This document shows, piece after piece, positions 25,046 through 32,000 of a stretch of DNA of 32,000 bases. Position numbers and translations under genes: made by a program. The stretch is from Faecalibaculum rodentium (GTDB taxonomy: Bacteria; Bacillota_I; Bacilli_A; Erysipelotrichales; Erysipelotrichaceae), in contig NZ_CP011391.1 of assembly GCF_001564455.1 (NCBI RefSeq), positions 1,500,001-1,532,000 of the forward strand, given 5' to 3'. Numbering within the stretch: position 1 is the stretch's first letter; each line of letters begins with the position of its first letter. The notes below the pieces were generated by a model. The model saw nothing but the letters and a program-made list of their open reading frames with translations. It had not been told where the DNA came from and ran no database searches.

Positions 25046-26379
25046 TGCGGCTCCTTTGCATCGGCTGCCGCCCGGGCTTTTTGATCATCGGCGGTGATTG
25101 ACGGGGTGCGGATGGCCGCGGCTGTGGCGTGTGCCTGGAGGTGTTCAGCGGTTGCGAGGGTCTGGATCGCAGCGCTGTCCTGCTCGAGCTGTTCCTTCGT
25201 GTAGTGCAGGAAGCTGCTGCGCTTGACGAAGGCATCCACGCCCAGGGCGCTGGAGAACTTCGCGGTGCCCGAGGTGGGCAGGACGTGGTTGGTCCCGCCG
25301 TAGTAGTCGCCAATGGATTCACAGGTGTAGTAGCCCAGGAAGACACTTCCGGCGTGACGCACCTGGCCAAGCCAGTTCATGGGGTTTTCCACCATGAGTT
25401 CCAGATGTTCCGGGGCGATCTGGTTGGCAATCTCGAGGCACTGCTCCATGGACTCGCAGAGGATGCTCCGGCCATAGTTTGCCAGGGAGGCTTCGACGAT
25501 GTCCTTTTTCGGCAGGAAGGCACTCTGTTTCTGCAGCTCTTCCTTCACCTTCCGGATCAGGCCGGCATCGGTGGTAACGAACATCGCACTGGCGAGTGGA
25601 TCGTGTTCGGCCTGGGACAGCAGGTCGGCGGCCACAAACGCCGGGTCGGCACCGGAATCCGCAATGACCAGGATCTCGCTGGGTCCCGCGATCATGTCAA
25701 TGTCCACGGTCCCGTAGACGAGTTTTTTCGCCGCCGCCACGAAAGCGTTGCCCGGACCCACGATCTTGTCCACCGGGGCGATGGATTCCGTGCCATAGGC
25801 CATCGCCGCAATGGCCTGGGCCCCGCCGGTGACGTAGAGTTCCGTGATGCCTGCGAGCCTGGCGGCACAGGCGATGTTGGGCTCCACCAGGCCGTTGGCT
25901 GCCGGCGGAGTCATCATCACGATGCGCTTCACGCCCGCCACTTTGGCGGGGATCGCATTCATCAGCACGGAGGAAGGATACTGGGCGCGTCCACCCGGGA
26001 CGTAGATGCCCACCGCATCCAGGGGAATCACCCGCTGTCCGAGGTAGACGCCATTGGGGCGGTTGAGGAGGAAGCTGTTCTGCTTCTGCGCCTCGTGGAA
26101 TTCCAGGATGTTGTCCCGGGCGCCTTTCAGGGCCTTCACGAAAGCCGGATCGGCCTGGGCGGCGAGTTCGTCGATCTGCGCCTCTGTCAGCCGCAGGGTA
26201 TCGATGTCGACCTTGTCAAACTGCTTCGTGAGATCCTTCAGGGCCTGGTCTCCCTGTGCGCGGACCTGGTCAATGATGCCCGCCGCAGCACCGTAAATAT
26301 CGGCGCCGATGGTCTGCGTGCGGCTCTTGAGCCATTCCTTCAGTGCCTGCAGGTCGCCGGCGTTCAGTTCTGTCAGCAT
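25042..26379 (-). CDS. hisD: Histidinol dehydrogenase
   Basis: YVPGGRAQYPSSVLM, GPGNAFV, AGPSE, SQAEHD and APEHLEL. Confidence 0.95.
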   Translation of the reverse strand: MLTELNAGDLQALKEWLKSRTQTIGADIYGAAAGIIDQVRAQGDQALKDLTKQFDKVDIDTLRLTEAQIDELAAQADPAFVKALKGARDNILEFHEAQKQNSFLLNRPNGVYLGQRVIPLDAVGIYVPGGRAQYPSSVLMNAIPAKVAGVKRIVMMTPPAANGLVEPNIACAARLAGITELYVTGGAQAIAAMAYGTESIAPVDKIVGPGNAFVAAAKKLVYGTVDIDMIAGPSEILVIADSGADPAFVAADLLSQAEHDPLASAMFVTTDAGLIRKVKEELQKQSAFLPKKDIVEASLANYGRSILCESMEQCLEIANQIAPEHLELMVENPMNWLGQVRHAGSVFLGYYTCESIGDYYGGTNHVLPTSGTAKFSSALGVDAFVKRSSFLHYTKEQLEQDSAAIQTLATAEHLQAHATAAAIRTPSITADDQKARAAADAKEPQ

Positions 26380-27041
26380 GTTCCCTCTTCTTTCTCTTTC
26401 TTCAGGGCCTGTTCCCGGTCCACTTCCCGGGAGAGGTCGCGCACGAGTTCCAGGATCTCCTGTTTCTTGGTCCGGAATGCGGCTTTGTTCACGATGAGCC
26501 GCGCACTGACGGGCGCCACATCATCGAGCACCACCAGGCCGTTTTCCTTGAGCGTCGTGCCGGTTTCCATGATGTCCACAATGCCGTCACAGAGCCCGAG
26601 CAGCGGGGAGAGCTCGACGGAGCCGTCGATTTTGATGATCTCCACATCCATGCCCCGGTCGTTGAAGTACTTCGTGGCGACATTGGGGTACTTGGTCCCG
26701 ATCCGCAGGTGGCCGTCGCGGTTGAGCAGGTCCGTTTCCGGCAGCGCCGCGACGATGAACTTGCAGACGCCGATCTTCAGGTCGAGCACCTCGTAGTAGT
26801 CCTTCGGCCCTTCGAGGATCGTGTCCTTGCCCACGACCCCGGCATCTGCCACACCGTGCATGACATAGGTGAGGCAGTCATTGGATTTCACCAGGAAGTA
26901 CTTCAGGTCCTTCTGGGTGTCCTCGAACACCAGCTGCCGGCCCTGATTGCGCAGGGGTTCGATCCCGTAGCCCGAGCGTTCGAGCATGTCCACGGTCTTT
27001 CGCTCCAGGCGTCCTTTGGTGAGTGCGAGTGAAACCGTCAT
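26373..27041 (-). CDS. hisG: ATP phosphoribosyltransferase, short form
   Basis: At 222 aa it reads LALTKGRLE...VKSNDCLTYVMHGVADAGVVGKD and lacks the C-terminal regulatory domain, which fits the presence of hisZ upstream. Confidence 0.9.
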   Translation of the reverse strand: MTVSLALTKGRLERKTVDMLERSGYGIEPLRNQGRQLVFEDTQKDLKYFLVKSNDCLTYVMHGVADAGVVGKDTILEGPKDYYEVLDLKIGVCKFIVAALPETDLLNRDGHLRIGTKYPNVATKYFNDRGMDVEIIKIDGSVELSPLLGLCDGIVDIMETGTTLKENGLVVLDDVAPVSARLIVNKAAFRTKKQEILELVRDLSREVDREQALKKEKEEGTC

Positions 27042-28138
27042 TGGCGTACCTCCAGTCCGTTCTCTTCTCTGTATTCAATCACGCAGGGACCCGTCTGCCG
27101 GATTTCGTCCGCCAGTTTCAGTGCCTGCACCAGGGCATCCGGTCCGGCTTCGATCACCGTGGCGGCCTTTGCCGGTTTCTCCGGTTCGGAGTCCGTGAGA
27201 TAGTCCAGCTTCACGGAAAAGCCGCAGGCGGGTTCCGCCGCCCCGAATTTCTCCAGGAGCCTGTCATAGCGCCCCCCGGACAGGACGCTGGAGCCGATAC
27301 CCGGGAAGTAGCCCTCGAAGATCAGCGACGTATAGTAGTTCAGGTGCGGGATCTTTCCCAGGTCCACGGACAGGTGACCGCCGTATCCCAGGGCCTCCAG
27401 CTGGTCCATGAGCCTGGCCAGCCGTTTCACGCAGGCTTCCTGTTCCGGCGTGAAGGCAATCTCCAGGGCGGTTTCCAGCGTTTCCTGTCCCCCGGAGAGC
27501 AGCGGCAGCATGAGGAAGAACTCCCGGTGGCCGATGTCCCGGTCCTCCAGGTAGGCCTCCAGGTCCGGGAGGCTTTTGCGGTCAATGAGATCCGCGAGTT
27601 CGGCTACGGTGTCCGGGTCCAGGCCCAGGGTTTCCACCGCACTCTGGAAAAACCGGATGTCGCCGGTTTCCAGGATCCAGCCCGGGCGGCCGATGGCGGA
27701 CATCACGTTGCAGGCCAGGGCCAGGATCTCCAGGTCTCCCTGGGGCGGCAGGCCGATCATTTCCACGCCGCAGTCCGTGACCTGGCTGCGCTTGCCGCCG
27801 AACAGACGGCGCTGCTTGAAGACATCCTCGGTATAGAACAGCCGCAGGGGGCGTTCATCGCGAAGCTTGGTGCTGGCGGTCCGTGCAATGGGCACCGTCA
27901 TGTCCAGGTGCAGCACCAGGGTGTCGCCGCTGCCGTCCTGGAAGCGGAACATTTCGGTTTCATCCGCATCCGCGAAGGCGGTGGTGTAGGTGGACAGGTA
28001 TTCCATGGCGGGGGTGCTGATGGGGCGGCAGCCGCTGTTGGCAAACACCCGTTCAATGATGTGGCGGAGACTGCGCTTGCGCCGGACTTCACCGGGCATG
28101 CAGTCCCTGGATCCCGCCGGGATCTGGATCTGGTTCAT
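27038..28138 (-). CDS. hisZ: ATP phosphoribosyltransferase regulatory subunit (HisRS paralogue)
   Basis: I trimmed the start to MNQIQIPAGSRDCMPGE (RBS GGAAAGGAG). The fold is class II aaRS-like with no anticodon-binding domain. Confidence 0.85.
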   Translation of the reverse strand: MNQIQIPAGSRDCMPGEVRRKRSLRHIIERVFANSGCRPISTPAMEYLSTYTTAFADADETEMFRFQDGSGDTLVLHLDMTVPIARTASTKLRDERPLRLFYTEDVFKQRRLFGGKRSQVTDCGVEMIGLPPQGDLEILALACNVMSAIGRPGWILETGDIRFFQSAVETLGLDPDTVAELADLIDRKSLPDLEAYLEDRDIGHREFFLMLPLLSGGQETLETALEIAFTPEQEACVKRLARLMDQLEALGYGGHLSVDLGKIPHLNYYTSLIFEGYFPGIGSSVLSGGRYDRLLEKFGAAEPACGFSVKLDYLTDSEPEKPAKAATVIEAGPDALVQALKLADEIRQTGPCVIEYREENGLEVRQ

Positions 28139-28207
28139 AGTGTCTCCTTTCCGGGTCCGCCAGCAGCCGGACCGGCTGGTTTGTGTCATGGGTATGGGGT
28201 ATATACG

Positions 28208-28485
28208 CAAAAAGCCCCCGTCCTGCAAAGGACGGAAGCTCGTTCCGTGGTCCCACCTCTGTTCACGGCTTTCTCGCGAAAGCCGCCTTGAAGAGTGCCT
28301 GCTGACACTCCGGTCCGGTAACGGGGACTGCCGTCCGCCACTACTGAGGGCCCGCCAAACTGTGAGGGCTCCGTTGGTGACGGCCGCTGGCGGAGGTGTT
28401 TCGGCAGGGTCAGCCCGGTCCTTTCACCAAACGGACCGTCTCTGAAGACTGACTGGCTGCGTACTGATTCCGGTCATCGCGTTCT
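28208..28485 (-). promoter_or_regulatory. T-box leader (probable His specifier) with terminator/antiterminator, controlling the his operon
   Basis: On the minus strand I see a GA/K-turn region (GCGATGA), AGTA, an AG bulge (TTCAGAGA) and a distal loop (GGTGAAAG). The candidate specifier loop is GAAACACC, which contains CAC. The T-box sequence is AGAGGTGGGACCACGG, followed by the terminator gcttccgtcc/ggacgggggc and TTTTT. Confidence 0.8.
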
Positions 28486-28492
28486 TTTCAAG

Positions 28493-28521
28493 ACCATACG
28501 GTCTGCGCATTCTGTTGTCAA
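28493..28521 (-). promoter_or_regulatory. Sigma-A-type promoter of the his operon
   Basis: On the minus strand: TTGACA, 17 nt, TATGGT. Confidence 0.65.
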
Positions 28522-28634
28522 TTTATACGACCAGTGCCAGCATCCTGATGTTCGGTCAGGACCGGTCATCAGGAGCCAGGCAGTGTAATGGCTGGAGCGC
28601 CTTCACCTGAAGCACTCTCGCATACAGACAGCGT

Positions 28635-28667
28635 CTGAACTGAGTGGTCTTCGCCCACTCAGTTCAG
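28635..28667 (-). terminator. 13-bp hairpin overlapping the aconitase stop codon, with no U-tract
   Basis: The stem is ctgaactgagtgg/ccactcagttcag with a 7-nt loop. The stop codon at 28659-28661 lies inside one arm. Confidence 0.4.
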
Positions 28668-30584
28668 TGGCTGGCTGTTTTTTATGAAGTTCAGCGCACC
28701 GCCGTGCTGCAGGAGGACGAAGTCGTCGTCTGTGATGTCGCAGTCCATGACATACTCCGTGCCCTTCGTCACATTCTTCACGCTGACTTTTCCTGTTGCG
28801 GCCTGGGTTGTGTCTTCAATCGCCAGGACATCCATTTCGTCGATGTCGTCATAATCCGCCGGGTTCCCGAAGGTCAGCGGAATGATGCCGAAGTTGATCA
28901 GGTTCGCCTTGTGGATCCGGGCAAAGCTTTTGGCCATGACGGCCTTGATGCCCAGGTACATGGGTGCCATCGCGGCGTGTTCCCGGGAACTGCCCTGTCC
29001 ATAGTTCTCCCCGGCGACAATGAAGCCGCCGTCATTGGCCTGGCATACATCGGCGAATCCTTCCTTGTTGTTGCGGAACACGAACGTCGACAGCTTTTCG
29101 ATGTTCGAACGGTATGGCAGCACCTCGGCGCCCGCCGGGGCGATGTGGTCCGTCGTGATGTTGTCCGGCAGCTTGATGACCGCCTTCTTCTCGATGTGCG
29201 CCGCCAGGGGCGTGTTTTCCGGCAGCGGCTTGATGTTCGGCCCGCGGATGATCTCCACGCTTTCGGGATCGTCGCTTGGCTGGCAGATCATGGAATCATC
29301 CACATAGGAAGGTTCGGCCGGGATCGCATCGCTGTAGTCCACCGTGGAGGGATCCGTGAAGACACCGGCCACGGCACTGGCAGCCGCGGTTTCCGGAGAC
29401 ACCAGGTAGACCCCGGCACTCAGCGTGCCGCTGCGGCCGTAGAAGTTCCTGTTGAAGGTCCGCAGGGACACGCCATCGGTTTTGGGAGACTGGCCCATGC
29501 CAATGCAGGGACCGCAGGTGCATTCCAGGATCCGGGCTCCGGCCTGCACGAAGGTGGCCAGCGCTCCGTTTTCAATGAGTTTCGTCAGCACCTGCCGGCT
29601 GCCCGGGGACACCGTGAGACTCACATTGGGTGCCACGGTTTTGCCCTTCAGCACATTGGCGGCTTTCATAAGGTCCTCGAATCCGCTGTTTGTGCAGGAG
29701 CCGATGGATACCTGGTCGACTTTCATGCCCGCCAGTTCGGACACCGGTTTCACGTTGTCCGGGGAGTGGGGGCAGGCCGCCAGGGGCTGCAGCCCGCTGA
29801 GGTTGATGACGACGGTTTCGTCGTAGTCCGCATCCGGGTCGGCCTCCATGGGCATGTAGTCTTCTTCACGCTGCTGTCTGGCGAGGAATGCCCTCGTGGT
29901 TTCGTCACTGGGGAAAATGGAGGTCGTGGCGCCCAGTTCGGCACCCATGTTGGTGATCGTGGCCCGCTGGTAGACGGACAGGTTCTTCACACCGGGGCCG
30001 GTGTATTCAAAAATCCGGCCGACACCGCCCTTGACGGACAGGCGCCTGAGCAGTTCCAGGATGATGTCCTTGGAGCTCACGCCGTGGGGCAGTTCCCCCT
30101 CCAGGCGCACATTGACCACTTCGGGGTACGTGATGCGGTAGGTCAGGCCCGCCATGGCTTTGGCCACGTCCAGGCCGCCTGCACCCATGGCAATGGAGGC
30201 CATGGCCCCGGCTGTGGGGGTATGGGAGTCCGAGCCGATGAGTGTGCGGCCGGGTTTCGCAAAGCGTTCCAGGTGCACCTGGTGGCAGATGCCGTTGCCC
30301 GGGCGGGAGAACAGCACGCCGTGTTTCGCCGCGACGGACTGGAGATAGGCATGGTCGTCTGCATTCATGTAGCCGGACTGCAGCGTGTTGTGATCCACGT
30401 AGGAAACGGAGAGTTCGGTTTTGACCTGGTCAACACCCATGGCCTCAAGCTGTATATAGGCCATGGTGCCGGTGGCGTCCTGTGTCAGGGTCTGGTCAAT
30501 GACCAGCTCCACCGGTTCTCCGGCTTTGGGGGTGCCGGAGGCAACATGGCTGTCAAGAATCTTCTGTACCAGATTTTTCGGCAT
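28659..30584 (-). CDS. acn: Aconitate hydratase (about 640-aa form)
   Basis: IGSDSHT, GSCTNS and CGPCIGMG supply the Fe-S cluster ligands, and a swivel domain lies at the C-terminus. The RBS is GAGGAA. Confidence 0.9.
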   Translation of the reverse strand: MPKNLVQKILDSHVASGTPKAGEPVELVIDQTLTQDATGTMAYIQLEAMGVDQVKTELSVSYVDHNTLQSGYMNADDHAYLQSVAAKHGVLFSRPGNGICHQVHLERFAKPGRTLIGSDSHTPTAGAMASIAMGAGGLDVAKAMAGLTYRITYPEVVNVRLEGELPHGVSSKDIILELLRRLSVKGGVGRIFEYTGPGVKNLSVYQRATITNMGAELGATTSIFPSDETTRAFLARQQREEDYMPMEADPDADYDETVVINLSGLQPLAACPHSPDNVKPVSELAGMKVDQVSIGSCTNSGFEDLMKAANVLKGKTVAPNVSLTVSPGSRQVLTKLIENGALATFVQAGARILECTCGPCIGMGQSPKTDGVSLRTFNRNFYGRSGTLSAGVYLVSPETAAASAVAGVFTDPSTVDYSDAIPAEPSYVDDSMICQPSDDPESVEIIRGPNIKPLPENTPLAAHIEKKAVIKLPDNITTDHIAPAGAEVLPYRSNIEKLSTFVFRNNKEGFADVCQANDGGFIVAGENYGQGSSREHAAMAPMYLGIKAVMAKSFARIHKANLINFGIIPLTFGNPADYDDIDEMDVLAIEDTTQAATGKVSVKNVTKGTEYVMDCDITDDDFVLLQHGGALNFIKNSQPLN

Positions 30585-30752
30585 GTCTGTTCCTCATTTC
30601 TTCATGAAAAGCATTATACCAAAGGCAATCCGGATTTTGTAAAAAATTTTCAGTCCTGCAACAAGTTTCATGCTTCGTGCTATAATGTCAAAACCACAGT
30701 CATGCCGCCCGGCATCGGCATGATGACTTGCAAGGAAGGAAACTGTATCTGT

Positions 30753-32000
30753 ATGGAACTGGAAAAAGATGACCTGCGGGCGCTGTACAACCGGAGCGCA
30801 GAGAACAACCTCATCGACCCCTCGCTGTATGCCCGGTATCGGGTGAAGCAGGGGCTGCGAAACGAAAACGGCACAGGCGTGAAGGTGGGCCTCACGCGGA
30901 TCTGTGACGTGGTGGGCTACCAGATGATCCACGGACACAAGCACGACACCGAGGGACAGCTGATCTACCGCGGGTACACGATCGACGAACTCGTCCGGCG
31001 GCAGAAGGAAGCGGGCACGGCCATGGGTTATGAAACGACGGCGTTCCTGCTCATCTTCGGCCACCTGCCGGATGAGCAGGAGCTGCAGGCATTCCGCACC
31101 ACGCTGCTGCACAACATCCACACGGATTTCATTGCAGCGAAATACCCCACCAGCAACCTGCTCAATGCCATGCAGATCGAGGTGCTGAAAATGTACGCGC
31201 AGGACGACAACCCGGACAACGACCGTCTGGAGGACCGGATGGTGAAGGGTCTGTCCATCCTGGCCTCCCTGCCCCTGTTCGTGTTCTCGTGCCACACCAG
31301 CGAAAAGCTCACGGCCTATCCCCTGCCAGACGGCTCACTGGCGGAAAACATCCTGTATATGGACCGGCAGGGCGGCTCCTTCACAGCGGAGGAAGCCAAT
31401 GTACTGGACATCCTGCTCATGATCCACGCCGACCACGGCGGAGGCAACAACTCGGCATTCACAGACGTCGTGCTCACAAGCACCGGCACAGACATCTATT
31501 CCTGCATTTCGGCAGCCATGGGATCCCTGAAAGGGCCCAAGCACGGCGGGGCAGCGAACAAGATGGCGCAGATGTACGATGCGATTCTGGAAGAGACAGG
31601 CATCACGACGGATCCCGCTGTGCTGGAGGATGTGTGCTGGCGGCTGCTGTCGAAGGACTTCGGGGACAGAAGCGGCCTGATTTACGGGATCGGCCATGCA
31701 ATCTACACGAAAAGCGACCCCAGGGCCCGGATGATCCGGGAAGCCTGCCGGCAGCTGGCGGCGGAAAAAGGCGAGGAGGAAGCCTTCGCCATGATGGAGG
31801 CGCTGGAACAGACCGCCTGCCGGGTGATGAAGAAAGCCAAGGGCGTGCAGGTGTGTGCCAATGTGGACTTCTATTCGGGATTTGCCTACCGGATGCTGGG
31901 CATCGAGCCGGAGCTCTTTGTGCCGCTCTTTGCGATTTCCCGGACCGCAGGCTGGATCGCCCATCACCTGGAGAACCGGCAGAACAACCGGAAACTCATC
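30753..32000 (+). CDS. Citrate synthase, with the 3' end outside the window
   Basis: ATG at 30753 follows AAGGAAGGAAA. The frame is open for 416 codons to the window edge, which is why it is absent from the ORF track. It contains GIGHAIYTKSDPRA and HGGGNNS, which are citrate synthase signatures. Confidence 0.85.
   Translation, partial: MELEKDDLRALYNRSAENNLIDPSLYARYRVKQGLRNENGTGVKVGLTRICDVVGYQMIHGHKHDTEGQLIYRGYTIDELVRRQKEAGTAMGYETTAFLLIFGHLPDEQELQAFRTTLLHNIHTDFIAAKYPTSNLLNAMQIEVLKMYAQDDNPDNDRLEDRMVKGLSILASLPLFVFSCHTSEKLTAYPLPDGSLAENILYMDRQGGSFTAEEANVLDILLMIHADHGGGNNSAFTDVVLTSTGTDIYSCISAAMGSLKGPKHGGAANKMAQMYDAILEETGITTDPAVLEDVCWRLLSKDFGDRSGLIYGIGHAIYTKSDPRARMIREACRQLAAEKGEEEAFAMMEALEQTACRVMKKAKGVQVCANVDFYSGFAYRMLGIEPELFVPLFAISRTAGWIAHHLENRQNNRKLI

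Noticed and set aside
21010-28291. Long plus-strand ORFs over the his operon (21010-22344 at 444 aa, 22046-22834, 22906-23562, 23541-24263, 23933-24844, 25129-26796 at 555 aa, 26343-27032, and 27023-28291 at 422 aa).
   Set aside because: All are antisense to unmistakable his genes. They are Arg/Gly/Pro/Ala-rich and lack start-site signals, so they are compositional artefacts.
30594-31967. Minus-strand ORFs 30594-31295, 31028-31312 and 31335-31967.
   Set aside because: They are antisense to the plus-strand citrate synthase gene, which is missing from the track only because it has no stop in the window. The plus frame carries the GIGHAIYTKSDPRA signature.
1-32000. A search for CRISPR arrays, rRNA, tmRNA and RNase P RNA.
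   Set aside because: There are no regularly spaced direct repeats. No rRNA-like, tmRNA (…TCCACCA tail with tag ORF) or RNase P (GAGGAAAGTCC) signatures were seen on either strand.

Overview
The window comes from a moderately high-GC Firmicutes-type chromosome: LPXTG sorting signals, a T-box leader, and short HisG paired with HisZ. Almost everything is on the minus strand.

(1) Positions 290-11200 hold a sortase-dependent pilus island. In transcription order it encodes a coiled-coil protein, a type I signal peptidase, a giant LPETG tip adhesin, an LPETG major pilin, a class C sortase and a small pilin with an atypical sorting signal. A 1504-bp IS3-family element (8257-9760) splits the tip adhesin gene. 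The insertion is flanked by a 3-bp CTG target duplication, and removing it in silico restores one ORF of about 1681 codons. The island is compositionally mosaic, with a very AT-rich block at about 1700-7480.

(2) Positions 11794-13290 contain two identical tRNA-Lys(CTT) genes in inverted orientation. They flank 1.35 kb that holds a perfect 28-bp-stem palindrome, about 520 nt with no credible ORF, and a small Cys-rich protein gene.

(3) Positions 13345-20270 are housekeeping genes: a DeoR regulator, a cytidylate-kinase-like protein, a HAD-thyA-folA operon ending in a CBS-pair protein whose N-terminus carries a HEPN-like RNxxxH motif, an M18 aminopeptidase, and murI.

(4) Positions 20730-28520 are a translationally coupled 10-gene his operon (hisZGDCBHAFIE) behind a sigma-A-like promoter and a T-box leader.

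(5) Positions 28659-32000 carry divergent aconitase and citrate synthase genes. The citrate synthase gene runs off the window.

No CRISPR array or rRNA is present. The many long plus-strand ORFs over the GC-rich genes are antisense artefacts.
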